64,000 bases of DNA from positions 23,031 through 87,030 of the forward strand of contig CASFBF010000001.1 in assembly GCA_949292985.1 (NCBI GenBank), read 5' to 3'. Positions 41,304-52,400 of the stretch are shown in pieces. Source of the DNA: an uncultured Bacillota bacterium (lineage in GTDB: Bacteria; Bacillota; Clostridia; Christensenellales; UBA1242). Under the pieces are notes generated by a model that was not told where the DNA came from, made no database searches, and saw only the letters and a list, made by a program, of their open reading frames with translations. The position numbers and the translations under genes are program-made. Each line of letters begins with the position of its first letter. Positions within the stretch are counted from its first letter, which is position 1.

Positions 41304-41489
41304 TCTTGTTGTCGGGGACTGTCTTTTTTAAGGCATAAACAAACGACAGGTGAAGGCAAACAAGCCTTTCACCGATTTGGCGAAATAGCTTCGCCAAAGT
41401 CACAAAGTTGTTGTGATTGTGTTGTTCGTGTTTAAACAAAAAGCAAATTAAGGCGTTTGCCTAGACAAATCTAAATAAGGAGGAAAGAA
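41304..41489 (+). promoter_or_regulatory. long structured 5' leader of rpsL-rpsG-fusA-tuf
   Basis: The leader is about 190 nt between promoter and RBS. It contains hairpins CTGTC...GACAG (41319-41349), GGTGAAGGC-aaacaa-GCCTTTCACC (41349-41371) and TTTGGCGAA-atagc-TTCGCCAAA (41376-41398). Confidence 0.4.
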
Positions 41490-41867
41490 ATGCCTACGAT
41501 TAACCAACTTGTTAACAAGGGAAGAAAAACTTTTGAAAAAAAATCAAAAGCGCCACTTCTTAACGAGTGTCCACAAAAAAGAGGAGTTTGCCTTTCTGTA
41601 AGAACTGCTACTCCTAAAAAACCTAACTCTGCTCTTCGTAAAATTGCAAGAGTTAAGTTCTCAAATGGACAAGAAGGAACATGCTATATTCCTGGAATTG
41701 GTCACAACCTTCAAGAACACAGTGTTGTTCTTGTTAGGGGCGGAAGAGTTAAAGACCTTCCTGGTGTGAGATATCACATCATCAGGGGAACTCTTGATGC
41801 TGCCGGCGTTGCTAAGAGAAGTCAATCTCGTTCTAAATACGGCGCTAAAAAACCAAAAAGCAAATAA
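41490..41867 (+). CDS. rpsL: 30S ribosomal protein S12
   Basis: [10 protein letters not shown] ... [10 protein letters not shown] ... [14 protein letters not shown] is canonical S12. Confidence 0.98.
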   Translation: MPTINQLVNKGRKTFEKKSKAPLLNECPQKRGVCLSVRTATPKKPNSALRKIARVKFSNGQEGTCYIPGIGHNLQEHSVVLVRGGRVKDLPGVRYHIIRGTLDAAGVAKRSQSRSKYGAKKPKSK

Positions 41868-41901
41868 AACTTTATAAAAAATGTAATAGGAGGAAATAAA
41901 A

Positions 41902-42375
41902 ATGGCAAGAAGAAATAGTGCCGTTAAAAAACCTGTCCTTCCTGATCCAATTTATAAAAGCAAAACCGTTACAAAACTTATCAACCAAGTTATGTATGAT
42001 GGTAAAAAAGGTCTTGCTCAGAGAATTGTTTATGGTGCATTCGACATCATTAAGGAAAAGATGGGATTAGAGCCACTTGATGTGTTTAATCAGGCTCTTG
42101 AAAATGTTAAACCTATGCTTGAAACAAAATCAAGAAGAGTAGGTGGAGCAAACTACCAAGTTCCTATGGAAATTAGACCAGAAAGACGCCAAACTTTGGC
42201 AATCAGATGGATTGTTACTTTCGCAAGAAAAAGAACTGGCGAAAGAAATATGGATGCTAAACTTGCAGGCGAACTTATGGATGCTTACAATGGAACAGGT
42301 GCTTCAATCAAGAGAAGAGATGAACTTCACAGAATGGCTGAGGCAAATAAGGCTTTTGCACATTACCGTTGGTAA
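41902..42375 (+). CDS. rpsG: 30S ribosomal protein S7
   Basis: [18 protein letters not shown] ... GGANYQVP is canonical S7. Confidence 0.98.
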   Translation: MARRNSAVKKPVLPDPIYKSKTVTKLINQVMYDGKKGLAQRIVYGAFDIIKEKMGLEPLDVFNQALENVKPMLETKSRRVGGANYQVPMEIRPERRQTLAIRWIVTFARKRTGERNMDAKLAGELMDAYNGTGASIKRRDELHRMAEANKAFAHYRW

Positions 42376-42441
42376 AATTTAGGTTGCAAGCAGTTTAATT
42401 TGAATTAAATTTAAACATATTTATATAGGAGAAAATAAAAT

Positions 42442-44520
42442 ATGCCTACAACAGATTTAAAATTAACAAGAAACGTTGGAATTATGGCACACATCGATGC
42501 TGGTAAAACAACCACCACCGAAAGAATTTTATACTACACAGGCAAAAGTCATAAAATTGGTGAAGTGCATGATGGTCAGGCTACCATGGACTGGATGGCT
42601 CAGGAGCAAGAAAGAGGAATCACAATTACTTCCGCTTGCACAACTTGTAACTGGAAAGGCCACAAAATCAACATCATCGACACTCCGGGACACGTTGACT
42701 TTACTGTTGAAGTAGAAAGATCATTAAAAGTTCTTGATGGTTCAGTGCTTGTTTTGAGTGCGCGTGATAAAGTTCAGCCTCAAACTGAAACAGTTTGGCG
42801 TCAAGCAACAAAATACAAAGTTCCAATCATTGTTTATGTAAACAAAATGGATAGAGATGCAGCAGACTTTATGGGTTGCGTTGAATCTATTCAAAAAAGA
42901 TTAAAAACAAATCCACTTCCAATTCAACTTAATATTGGTGAAGCGGATACATTCACTGGTATTATCGACCTTTTAACCATGAAAGCAGAAATCTATAAAG
43001 ATGACATGGGAAAAGAAATTGAGATTGCAGATATTCCTGCTGAATACAAAGAAAAAGCACAAAAACTTCATGATGAAATGATTGAAAAAATTGTTGAAAC
43101 TGATGATGCGCTTTTGGAAAGATATTTTGAAGGTGAAGAAATCAGCATAGACGAACTTAAAAAAGCAATCAGAAAAGGAACAATCGAAAGAAAATTCACA
43201 CCTATTCTTTGCGGTTCTTCTTATAAAAATAAAGGTGTTCAAATGCTTCTTGATGCTATGGTTGAATATCTTCCTTCACCAGTTGATATTCCACCTATAA
43301 AAGGCATAAATCCAGACACTGGTTTGGAAGAAACAAGAGAAGCAAGTGAAACTGCGCCTTTTGCAGGCCTTGCATTCAAAATCATGACTGACCCATTCGT
43401 TGGCGGACTTACATTCTTCAGAGTATACAGTGGTCTTTTAAAAGCAGGCTCATATGTTTACAACTCTATCACTGGTAAAACAGAAAGAGTTGGAAGACTT
43501 ATAAGAATGCACGCTAACAACCGTCAGGAAATTACAGAGGTTGGGGCAGGTGATATAGCCGCTATCGTAGGGCTTAAAGATACAATCACAGGACACACAC
43601 TTTGTGATGAAAAACACCCAATCCAACTTGAAAGCATGGATTTCCCAGAGCCAGTTATTCAACTTGCTATCGAACCAAAAACAAAAGATATGCAAGAAAA
43701 AATGGCGCTTGCTCTTGCAAAACTTATGCGTGAAGACCCAACATTTAGGGTTAGCACAAACCAAGAAACAGGGCAAACACTTATCGCAGGAATGGGTGAA
43801 TTGCACCTTGATATTATCGTAGATAGACTTTTGAGAGAATTTAAAGTTGAAGCAAACATTGGTAACCCACAAGTTTCTTATAGAGAAACTATTAGAAAAC
43901 CAGTTAAAGCAGAAGGTAAATTCATTCGTCAGAGCGGTGGTAAAGGTCAATACGGACACTGTATCATTGAAATGGAACCTCTTGAAAGAGGCGCTGGATA
44001 TGAGTTTGTTGATAAAACCGTTGGTGGTTCTATTCCAAAAGAATATATTCAACCTATCAATAACGGTATAAACGAAGCAAGAATGAACGGTGTTATTGCT
44101 GGTTACGAAACAGTAGATTTCAGAGTAACTGTTGTTGACGGTTCTTTCCACGAAGTCGACTCATCAGAAATGGCGTTCAAAATTGCTGGTTCAATGGCTT
44201 TCCAAGATGGTGCTAAAAAAGCAGACCCAGTTTTGCTTGAACCTATCATGAAAGTTTCAGTTGAAGTTCCAGACGAATATCTTGGTACAGTTATGGGAAA
44301 TCTTACATCTCGTCGTGGAATGCTTACAGGAACAGAATCTAACCTTGGAATTCAAATTGTAAGCGCAGAAGTACCTCTTGCAGAGATGTTTGGATATGCA
44401 ACCGACCTTCGTTCTCAAACTCAGGGAAGAGGAAATTATGTTATGGAGCCTCTTAAATATCAAGAAGTTCCTAAATCAATCGCTGATAAAGTGGTTGGCG
44501 AAAGAGCAAAAAGAAATTAA
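42442..44520 (+). CDS. fusA: elongation factor G
   Basis: [21 protein letters not shown] and DTPGHVDF motifs. The length is 692 aa. Confidence 0.98.
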   Translation: MPTTDLKLTRNVGIMAHIDAGKTTTTERILYYTGKSHKIGEVHDGQATMDWMAQEQERGITITSACTTCNWKGHKINIIDTPGHVDFTVEVERSLKVLDGSVLVLSARDKVQPQTETVWRQATKYKVPIIVYVNKMDRDAADFMGCVESIQKRLKTNPLPIQLNIGEADTFTGIIDLLTMKAEIYKDDMGKEIEIADIPAEYKEKAQKLHDEMIEKIVETDDALLERYFEGEEISIDELKKAIRKGTIERKFTPILCGSSYKNKGVQMLLDAMVEYLPSPVDIPPIKGINPDTGLEETREASETAPFAGLAFKIMTDPFVGGLTFFRVYSGLLKAGSYVYNSITGKTERVGRLIRMHANNRQEITEVGAGDIAAIVGLKDTITGHTLCDEKHPIQLESMDFPEPVIQLAIEPKTKDMQEKMALALAKLMREDPTFRVSTNQETGQTLIAGMGELHLDIIVDRLLREFKVEANIGNPQVSYRETIRKPVKAEGKFIRQSGGKGQYGHCIIEMEPLERGAGYEFVDKTVGGSIPKEYIQPINNGINEARMNGVIAGYETVDFRVTVVDGSFHEVDSSEMAFKIAGSMAFQDGAKKADPVLLEPIMKVSVEVPDEYLGTVMGNLTSRRGMLTGTESNLGIQIVSAEVPLAEMFGYATDLRSQTQGRGNYVMEPLKYQEVPKSIADKVVGERAKRN

Positions 44521-44539
44521 AAAATTTTGTTAAATCGTT

Positions 44540-44567
44540 TTGAAAAAAAATTTATATATGCTACAAT
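44540..44567 (+). promoter_or_regulatory. internal promoter TTGAAA-16-(TGc)TACAAT upstream of tuf
   Basis: Extended -10 promoter read directly in the fusA-tuf spacer. Confidence 0.5.
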
Positions 44568-44601
44568 AGCAAAGTAAAACAAAAAAGGAGAATTTTTAAA
44601 A

Positions 44602-45804
44602 ATGGCTAAGGAAACTTTTAACAGAAATAAACCTCATGTTAATATTGGTACTATTGGTCACGTAGACCATGGTAAAACAACCCTTACTGCAGCAATTACT
44701 ATGTATTGCGCTGCTAAAGGACACGCTCAGGCTATGAAATACGATGAAATCGATAAAGCGCCTGAAGAGAAAGCTCGTGGAATTACAATTAACACCGCTC
44801 ACGTAGAGTATGAAACTGACAAACGTCACTATGCTCACGTAGACTGCCCAGGACACGCAGACTATGTTAAAAACATGATTACTGGTGCTGCTCAAATGGA
44901 CGGTGCTATACTTGTTGTTGCTTCAACAGATGGCCCTATGCCTCAAACAAGAGAGCATATCCTTCTTGCTAGACAAGTTGGTGTTCCATATATCGTAGTT
45001 TTCATGAACAAAACAGATCAAGTTGACGACCCTGAACTTCTTGAACTTGTTGAAATGGAAATTAGAGATCTTCTTACCGAATATGGTTTCCCAGGGGATA
45101 AAACTCCTATCATTAAAGGCTCTGCTCTTAAAGCACTTGAAGCCGCTCAGGCAAACAACGTTGATAGCCCAGCATGTGCTTGCATTCAAGAACTTCTTGA
45201 TGCAGTTGATGCTTATATCCCTGAACCACAAAGAGATACAGATAAACCTTTCCTTATGCCTGTTGAAGATGTTTTCACAATCACAGGAAGAGGAACAGTT
45301 GCAACAGGTAGAGTAGAACGTGGTGTTGTTAAAATGAACGACACTGTTGAAATCGTTGGTATGGGTGCTAAGAAACAAACAGTTATCACAGGCGTTGAAA
45401 TGTTCAGAAAACTTCTTGACGAAGCAAGAGCAGGTGATAATGTTGGTCTTCTTCTTAGAGGAATTCAAAGAAGTGAAATTGAAAGAGGTCAAGTTCTTTG
45501 CAAACCTGGTTCAATTCATCCTCATACAAAATTTACAGCACAAGTTTACGTTTTGAAGAAAGAAGAAGGTGGGCGTCATACTCCATTCTTCAATGGATAT
45601 AGACCACAATTCTATTTCAGAACAACAGATGTTACTGGAACTATTGAACTTGAAAAGGGTGTTGAAATGGTTATGCCTGGTGACCACGTTAACATGACAA
45701 TTACTCTTATTACACCTATCGCTATTGAAGAAGGACTTCGTTTCGCTATTCGTGAAGGTGGAAGAACAGTTGGTTCTGGTGTTGTTTCTAAAATTGTTGA
45801 GTAA
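44602..45804 (+). CDS. tuf: elongation factor Tu
   Basis: [18 protein letters not shown] and DCPGHADY motifs. The length is 400 aa. Confidence 0.98.
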   Translation: MAKETFNRNKPHVNIGTIGHVDHGKTTLTAAITMYCAAKGHAQAMKYDEIDKAPEEKARGITINTAHVEYETDKRHYAHVDCPGHADYVKNMITGAAQMDGAILVVASTDGPMPQTREHILLARQVGVPYIVVFMNKTDQVDDPELLELVEMEIRDLLTEYGFPGDKTPIIKGSALKALEAAQANNVDSPACACIQELLDAVDAYIPEPQRDTDKPFLMPVEDVFTITGRGTVATGRVERGVVKMNDTVEIVGMGAKKQTVITGVEMFRKLLDEARAGDNVGLLLRGIQRSEIERGQVLCKPGSIHPHTKFTAQVYVLKKEEGGRHTPFFNGYRPQFYFRTTDVTGTIELEKGVEMVMPGDHVNMTITLITPIAIEEGLRFAIREGGRTVGSGVVSKIVE

Positions 45805-45825
45805 TTTTAGTTTAAATTAAAAAAA

Positions 45826-45850
45826 ACGGTTGTGTGTAACCGTTTTTTTT
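45826..45850 (+). terminator. intrinsic terminator after tuf
   Basis: ACGGTT-gtgtgt-AACCGT followed by TTTTTTT. Confidence 0.8.
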
Positions 45851-45906
45851 ATTTTTGTATTGTAAAATTTTGATTTACATGTTATACTAAAAAAGCGAGG
45901 TGAAAA

Positions 45907-46602
45907 ATGGTAGGACTAAAAGAAAAAATTTCCAAAAATTATGGACCAGGTCAGTTTTATGGTAAACACAATTTGCCAAAAATAATCGGTAGAGATTTAA
46001 CATTAGACCCTGGCGATAAAAAAAGAATAGTAGAAACAGGGTTATTGTTTGAAAATGAAAAGGTTGAAAATATATTTATTCCAGAAGGGTTTGATTATAT
46101 TCAAGATGTTGCATTCGCAAAATCATCAGTAAAAAAAATAGAAATAGACAGCGGATTGCTGGGAATTGATGCAATGGCATGTGCTGACTGTGTTGAGTTA
46201 GAAGAAGTTGTTTTGCCAAACACTTTAAAATATATTGGTAGAGAAGCATTTCAAGAATGTTACTCTCTTGAAGACATAATTTTGCCACCTAGTGTAGAAG
46301 CGGTCGGCGTTGATCTTTTTAAAAAATGTGCAAATTTAAGAAGAATTTGTTGTGGCGAAAAACTTGTTGAACGCATAAGTGAATGGAAAAGAAATGCTAT
46401 TGGCCTAACTAAAGTTTACATTATAGATGATAATTTTGATGTAGTGGGAAGTTATCAAGTAGGTGCTTACAGTGAAAAATATCCATTCAACGATAAACAA
46501 TTTACTAAACTTGAAAAATCTTTGGATAAAAAATTGGCTTATATGCGTAAAAAGTTTGGTGTTACTGTTCAAAAAACTGCAAGCCAAGAACGGACTTTGT
46601 AA
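45907..46602 (+). CDS. BspA-type leucine-rich repeat protein with no signal peptide
   Basis: Repeating pattern IPEG...I.D.AF..C..L..I.LP..L..IG..AF..C..L, as in LRR_5-type repeats. Confidence 0.75.
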   Translation: MVGLKEKISKNYGPGQFYGKHNLPKIIGRDLTLDPGDKKRIVETGLLFENEKVENIFIPEGFDYIQDVAFAKSSVKKIEIDSGLLGIDAMACADCVELEEVVLPNTLKYIGREAFQECYSLEDIILPPSVEAVGVDLFKKCANLRRICCGEKLVERISEWKRNAIGLTKVYIIDDNFDVVGSYQVGAYSEKYPFNDKQFTKLEKSLDKKLAYMRKKFGVTVQKTASQERTL

Positions 46603-46714
46603 AAACTTAGGGTTATTCCTAAGTTTTTTTCTACAATAATTGCGAAAAAAATTAAATCTATACTTTGAAAAAATGTTTTTGTGTGTTAAAATAAATTTGG
46701 AGGAGCAGTTCGCC

Positions 46715-47080
46715 ATGGGTTTTTTTGGTAATATTGCGAGGGCGCTGGGTTTTGAGACCGAGGAAGAACAGGTTAAATCAAAAAGGATAAAAAAATCCGA
46801 GCCAAAAGCAACTTTTAATTTGAAAAAAGATAAAATCGAGCGTCCTGATAAAATTGACGGCATTAAAGTTATTTATGTTGAAAAAATTGAAGATGCAAAA
46901 AAAGCACTTCAAATATTCAAAAACGATGAGCCAGTGCTTGTTAATGTTGAATATTCAGACGATAAAAGTCGTGCATTAGGATTTATTGAAGGCGCTATTG
47001 AAATGAGTAATGGTTCCATGTCGGTTATAGAAGAAAATCGTTTGTTGATTTTACTTCCAGAAGGAGTGGAAATTGAGTAA
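46715..47080 (+). CDS. sepF: cell division protein SepF
   Basis: MGFFGNIARALGF N-terminal membrane-targeting helix, plus a DUF552-like core (VIYVEKIEDAKKALQIFKNDEPVLVNV...ALGFIEGA). A GGAGGAG RBS is present. Confidence 0.85.
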   Translation: MGFFGNIARALGFETEEEQVKSKRIKKSEPKATFNLKKDKIERPDKIDGIKVIYVEKIEDAKKALQIFKNDEPVLVNVEYSDDKSRALGFIEGAIEMSNGSMSVIEENRLLILLPEGVEIE

Positions 47081-47585
47081 ACATTACAAGTTTTTGCTTT
47101 GTATAACTTTGCCTTTATTTGTAGTTTTATTGCTTGCGGACTTATTAAGCAAGCATTTTGTGGATAGTGCGCTTTCATTAGGAGAAAAAGCTGAATTTTT
47201 GTCAGGATTTATTGATATTGTAACAGTGCATAATGAAGGGGCTGCATGGGGAATTTTTTCAGGTTCGCAAACATTTTTAATTATTTTAACTTTCGTGTTT
47301 ATCATTGCGTTTATTTGGCTTATGATTGCCGAAAAAAGCAAAAACCCTCTTTTCCATGTTACGCTTGGTTTCATTTTTGCGGGTAGTATTGGGAATTTGG
47401 TTGATAGGCTTGCTTTTGGTTATGTTAGAGATTTTTTACATTTTCAATTTTGGAATTCCTTTCCAGTGTTTAATATTGCCGACATTTGCTTGACAGTCGG
47501 CGTTGTTTTGTTGGTTATTTATTTCATTATCATGCTAGTGAAAAATAAAAAAAGTAAAAAGGATAATTTTGAAGAAAATAATTGA
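47073..47585 (+). CDS. lspA: lipoprotein signal peptidase LspA
   Basis: VHNEGAAWGIF, GNLVDRL..GYVRDF and FNIAD motifs. Confidence 0.93.
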   Translation: MSKHYKFLLCITLPLFVVLLLADLLSKHFVDSALSLGEKAEFLSGFIDIVTVHNEGAAWGIFSGSQTFLIILTFVFIIAFIWLMIAEKSKNPLFHVTLGFIFAGSIGNLVDRLAFGYVRDFLHFQFWNSFPVFNIADICLTVGVVLLVIYFIIMLVKNKKSKKDNFEENN

Positions 47586-48474
47586 AGTTGATAAACAATA
47601 TGAAGGCGAAAGGCTGGACAAATTTTTAAGTAGTATGTTCAGTGATTTTTCTCGTTCTCATTTGCAAAGTTTAATTGAAAAAGGTGAGATTCTTTGTAAT
47701 GGTAAAATAGTTAAAACAGGGTTAAAACTTAAAGAAAATGATAAAATTCAAATTGATATCCAGCCTGCTGTACCATTGGAAGTCAAAGCCGAGGAAATTG
47801 ATTTTGATATCATTTTTGAAGATGATGATTTAATAGTTATAAATAAACCGCAAGGGCTTGTTGTTCATCCCTGTGAAACGAAAAAAGAGGGAACACTTGT
47901 TAATGGTTTGCTTGCAAGGATTCATAATTTAAGTGGCATAAATGGAGTCCTACGACCCGGAATTGTACATAGACTTGATAAAGATACCGCAGGTTTGATG
48001 CTGGTTGCAAAAAATGATTTTGCTCATAACAAACTTGCAGAAATGATTAAAAATAAACAAGTTAAAAGAAAATACCTGGCACTTTTAAGTGGCGTGGTTT
48101 GGGATAATAGTGGGAAAATTCAAACTTTTCTGGCTAGAGATAAAAAAGATCGAAAAAAATACACTGTTGCAAACGAGGGGAAAGAGGCTATCAGTTTGTT
48201 CAAGGTGAAACAGAGATATCAAAATGCAACACTTGTTGAGTTTACCTTAATTACAGGCAGAACTCATCAAATAAGGGTTCATAGCGCGTATATTGGGCAT
48301 CCAGTTGTAGGTGATAGCGTTTATGGACAAAAAGATAAAAATCTTAAAGGGCAGTTATTGTTTTCTTATTCAATAGAATTTTTACATCCAAGAACTGGGC
48401 AGATTATTAAATTTGAGTTGCCTTTGCCAGATTATTTTCAAAATTATATCAACAAACTTAAAAAATATCATTAA
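47569..48474 (+). CDS. rluD: RluA-family 23S rRNA pseudouridine synthase (RluD-like)
   Basis: N-terminal S4 domain, catalytic HRLDKDTAGLML and GRTHQIRVH. The lspA-rluD pairing is conserved. Confidence 0.92.
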   Translation: MKKIIEVDKQYEGERLDKFLSSMFSDFSRSHLQSLIEKGEILCNGKIVKTGLKLKENDKIQIDIQPAVPLEVKAEEIDFDIIFEDDDLIVINKPQGLVVHPCETKKEGTLVNGLLARIHNLSGINGVLRPGIVHRLDKDTAGLMLVAKNDFAHNKLAEMIKNKQVKRKYLALLSGVVWDNSGKIQTFLARDKKDRKKYTVANEGKEAISLFKVKQRYQNATLVEFTLITGRTHQIRVHSAYIGHPVVGDSVYGQKDKNLKGQLLFSYSIEFLHPRTGQIIKFELPLPDYFQNYINKLKKYH

Positions 48475-48496
48475 AAAACGCCATTCGGCGTTTTTT
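48473..48496. terminator. bidirectional intrinsic terminator
   Basis: AAAAAACGCC-attc-GGCGTTTTTT. Confidence 0.75.
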
Positions 48497-48893
48497 AATA
48501 TTGAAATTCTGATATTCGTATATTGCGCTTCGTCCTTTCTGCTTCCATATAATTTGAAAACATATCCCTTACTTTATATGGTTGCGAAATATGTCTTAAT
48601 TTAAACGCAGGTTGTCTTTCATCGTTTGAATATAAAATTACTGTTCCAGTACCAAATATTTTATCAAACAACGATTGATGTAATGATACGTCTTGAATAC
48701 GATATATATTTACTTCTTCCACAACAGTGTATAATAAACCAATGTCGGAAAAAACTTTGAACCATTTATCACCATTTTTTATTAGCGAATATCGTGTGAA
48801 TGACCAAGGTAATCCACAATATCTTTTTCTATCTTTCCAAATAAGTTCTGCATCAAGACCATACTTTCTTTTTACTTTTTTGTTTTTGTCCAT
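48495..48893 (-). CDS. bacterial PH-domain (bPH_2/YdbT-like) protein
   Basis: The pattern RYSLIKNGDKWFKVFSDIGLLYTVVEEVNIYRIQDVSLHQSLFDKIFGTGTV resembles the DUF304/bPH_2 fold signature. Confidence 0.7.
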   Translation of the reverse strand: MDKNKKVKRKYGLDAELIWKDRKRYCGLPWSFTRYSLIKNGDKWFKVFSDIGLLYTVVEEVNIYRIQDVSLHQSLFDKIFGTGTVILYSNDERQPAFKLRHISQPYKVRDMFSNYMEAERTKRNIRISEFQY

Positions 48894-48942
48894 AGCACAC
48901 CTCTACATAACTATTTTAACTTAAAAAACAAAAAAAGTAAAG

Positions 48943-48977
48943 AAAAAAGCCTAAATTTTCTTAATTTAGGCTTTTTT
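48943..48977 (-). terminator. intrinsic terminator of the Cys-rich micro-protein gene
   Basis: GCCTAAATT-ttctt-AATTTAGGC flanked by A6 and T6 runs. Confidence 0.8.
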
Positions 48978-48983
48978 CTTATT

Positions 48984-49175
48984 TTAGCATTTGTTCATAC
49001 AGTTTGAACCACCGCAGCAACCACAAAGTAAGAGAATCAATAATAATGTGCAGATATCAATTCCACAACCGTTATTGCCACAGCCACAGCATTGCAAAAG
49101 CATGAGAAGGATTAAAATTGAGCAGCAGTCGCATCCGCAACCATTTCCGCCGCCGAAGCCTCCAAAAAAGTTCAT
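48984..49175 (-). CDS. tandem Gly/Cys-rich tiny membrane protein (YjcZ-like style), 63 aa
   Basis: MNFFGGFGGGNGCGCDCCSILILLMLLQCCGCGNNGCGIDICTLLLILLLCGCCGGSNCMNKC has 14 Cys. An AGGAGG RBS lies 6 nt before the ATG, and the gene has its own terminator. Confidence 0.75.
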   Translation of the reverse strand: MNFFGGFGGGNGCGCDCCSILILLMLLQCCGCGNNGCGIDICTLLLILLLCGCCGGSNCMNKC

Positions 49176-49340
49176 ATGTACCTCCTAATTGTTTATCCTT
49201 TTGTGTGAGTGTGCTTACACATTAACATACTATTAAAATTTGCAAAATTTTGTTACAATATATTGAATTTTTTATTTTTATTATTACATAGATTTATTGC
49301 TTATGCGCAAAATATTTTAATTAAATAAGTCCAAAATTGA

Positions 49341-49369
49341 TTGACATTAAATTATATTTATATTAAAAT
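49341..49369 (+). promoter_or_regulatory. sigmaA-type promoter TTGACA-17-TAAAAT upstream of the giant surface protein gene
   Basis: The hexamers and spacing were read directly. Confidence 0.5.
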
Positions 49370-49405
49370 AAACTGTTACGAAATCATCTTTACTGAGGGG
49401 TTATT

Positions 49406-52400
49406 ATGATAAAGAATAAAATTATTAAAAAGAACAATCTATATAAAGGAGTTACTCTTGCTTTCGCAGGCATTTTGGCAACATCATTTTTCCCAGTAAA
49501 TATCATTCAGTCTAATGCCGATTGTTTGTTGGGCGGTGTTGGCAGTGAGGCAATAATTTTAAATAATGCACAGTCAGTTGCAAATAAGGGGTCTACATAT
49601 CAAATTAGAGCCGCTTATTTTGGTTCTGATTCACAAATTCCTGTCGGGTTGGACAATTATGGCGCAGAATATCTTGTTTCATATGATGGTGCCAACACCA
49701 TAGATGCGATCACATCTAATGTTACCGTTACTTATAAATCCTCAGGGCAGGAAGTTGAAATTGCAAAAGCGCAAGACAGCACTATTATAAGTGCGCTTTC
49801 AATTGATTCAGCAAGCGCAGTTTACGGAACAGTTGAACTTAAAAATGCAGGAGAATATGTTGTAACATATGAGTTTGATGTTACAGTTAATGGCGAAGTT
49901 AAATCATTTGCATCGGAGTACATTGTTTATAGTGAAATTACTACTGCTTATTTCGAGTTTAATGATAACGACGAAAAAATTGTTCCAAATGTTTATGATG
50001 TAACATTACAAGGTGATACTTTAAAAAATATTGAACTTCCTCTTCCAACTTTGTTCGATAGAAATGAAGAAGAGGTAAGTGGAGTTTCTTATGTGCTTAA
50101 CACAGATTCTGTGCCAAGCGAGGGTGAGTTTGTTAAAATTTCTGTTTCAGGTGGTGAAAAAGCAGTTGTTGTTGAGCAGAATGAAACAGGTTACTATATA
50201 GATTCAAAATACTTTAACCCTAATGACGAAAACTTCTTTGCTGGTTATGGTAACTATACAATCAGTTATGATTATTATTTAGCAGGTCAGTTTATTACTT
50301 CAATAAAGAAATCTTTCACTGTTTCTCAAAATTATTATAAAAATTATGAACTTGCTTTAACTCAAAATTCTTCGCTTTCTTCCGCTGTTACTGGCGTAGG
50401 GGTAACTTTGCCTACTATTTCTGGACAAACTGGTGAAGATTCTACACCTGCAAAGGAGAGTGTTGGTATAAGTTATACTATTGAAGCATATAGAAGAGAC
50501 AGCAATAATTCTTATTCAGAAACAAAAGCAGGAAGTATTGTAGACGGAGTGTTTACTCCTTGGGCTAACGGTTCATATAGAATTGTTTATACCGCCAAAG
50601 ATTTCTATGGAAATACAAAAACATTGGAATTCAGAATTGACGGAGTTACTGATAGTAAAGCACCAACAGTTTATATGTATGATGCTTCTCAAAAATTATC
50701 AGAAGATGAAGATGGAAACAAAATTTATCCTGACGCATCTACCGCTCTTAAATCTAAAACTTCTGTTGGCAATGTGATTATTTATGCTATAAGTGCACTA
50801 GATAATGTTTCGTCTTTGGACAATATTTCGCTTACCAGAGTAATTAAAAATTCTTCAAGAGAAATAACAATTGATAACCAACATAATGATAAGAATTTAA
50901 TTTTTGACTATAATTGGTCAACATTCCTATCAAACAATAATTACATAAGAGAAAAACTTGAAGACTTAGATATTGATACATCTTCTCAACAAGAAGTTGA
51001 AACTTGGTTAAAAAATAACAATTTCTTAATAGTTTCAAATAAAGTAGAAGATAAGGATAAAGAAGGTTACGCATATTTAGATATTACTGTAAGCGGAACA
51101 AACATTTTACCTGGTTCTTCATCTGGGACTTCTTACACAGTACTTTATTATGCAAAAGATGAAGCAGAAAACGAAAGCACTGAATTGTCATATTCTATTT
51201 CAATAGTTAGCGGTACAGGGCTTGAAGATGATGTTCCACCTGAAATCACTTTTGTAACTAACCTTAAAAATTCATATAGAGCAAATTCTATTATTTCGTT
51301 TGAAGCACCAACTGCTACTGATGATAACGATACAAGAATGGACGTTGTTACAGAATATTTCTATACTGGCGCAAATGATACCGTTTATGATTCGATCATT
51401 CTTGATGATGAAAATTACAAAATCGATCTTTCAGAAATCAATAACGCAATTTATTCAGAAGATGTACCTACAATGGTAACAATTAAAGTTTCAGCAAAAG
51501 ATGATTATGGCAATGTTGGTACTTGGACAAAAGAAATTGCAATAGCCGATGTTCAAGATACAAAAGCACCAAAAATTATTTTAGAAAAATATAACACTCA
51601 AAATGATCAACCAATTCAGCAAAATTCCGAAATTATTCTTCCTACAATTGTGTTAAGCGATGATAATGTTAAATATATCAACTCTGAAGTATTTGTAAAC
51701 AGAGTGGAATACGTTGAAAATAGTGAGGGGGTTAAAACAAAAGTTGAAACACCTATCACAGTTGTTGGGAAAACAGAAGTTAAAGACGTTCTTTCTCAAA
51801 GATATACTTTGGAAGCAGGCAAAGTAATTGCCTCATATGCTGGTGTTTATCAAGTTAAGGTTGTTATTACTGATGCTGGCAACAATCAAATAACCACTTT
51901 CTATAACTTTGAAGTTATTGGTTCCGGGGTTATTGAGGATCCTGTTATTACTGGCCTTCCAGCAGTTATCGGTGATGAAGGTAAAGCCGAAGTTGGAACG
52001 GCGATTGATTTAGGAACACCTTCTGTTGCTTACAAACTTTCAGGTGATCAGTATGATATATTTGGTGTAAGCAATGATGATTCTAATTCTGCTTTCGATT
52101 ATAATATAAAAGTAATCGGTGACGCTCCTTCTTCTTACAAATTTAATGAAAACGAAGAAAACACTTTTACCGCTTATGAGCCTGGAATATATAGATTGCA
52201 ATATACTGTTAACGTAAGTGTATTTGATACATCATTATTTGAAAAAAATACAACCAATACGGCAGTTATCGAGAAAAGTACTGATAACAAGGTTACAGCA
52301 TTTTCAGATGGAAATTTTGTGATGGTTTCAAGCACAACTAAAACTGTTAAGTATGCAATTAAAACTGACTCTCAATATTTGATTTATGACCTTAGTGAAA

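Noticed and set aside
43450-44151. A 233-aa minus-strand ORF.
   Set aside because: It is antisense to fusA (EF-G). Its composition is Phe/Asn/Cys-rich and it has no start context.
46405-46863. A 152-aa minus-strand ORF bridging the LRR gene and sepF.
   Set aside because: It overlaps two supported plus-strand genes and the terminator between them, and it has no RBS.
48991-49188. A 65-aa plus-strand Pro/Gln-rich ORF opposite the Cys-rich gene.
   Set aside because: It is the mirror image of the GC-rich Cys/Gly codons. It has no RBS, whereas the minus-strand frame has an ideal RBS and a terminator.
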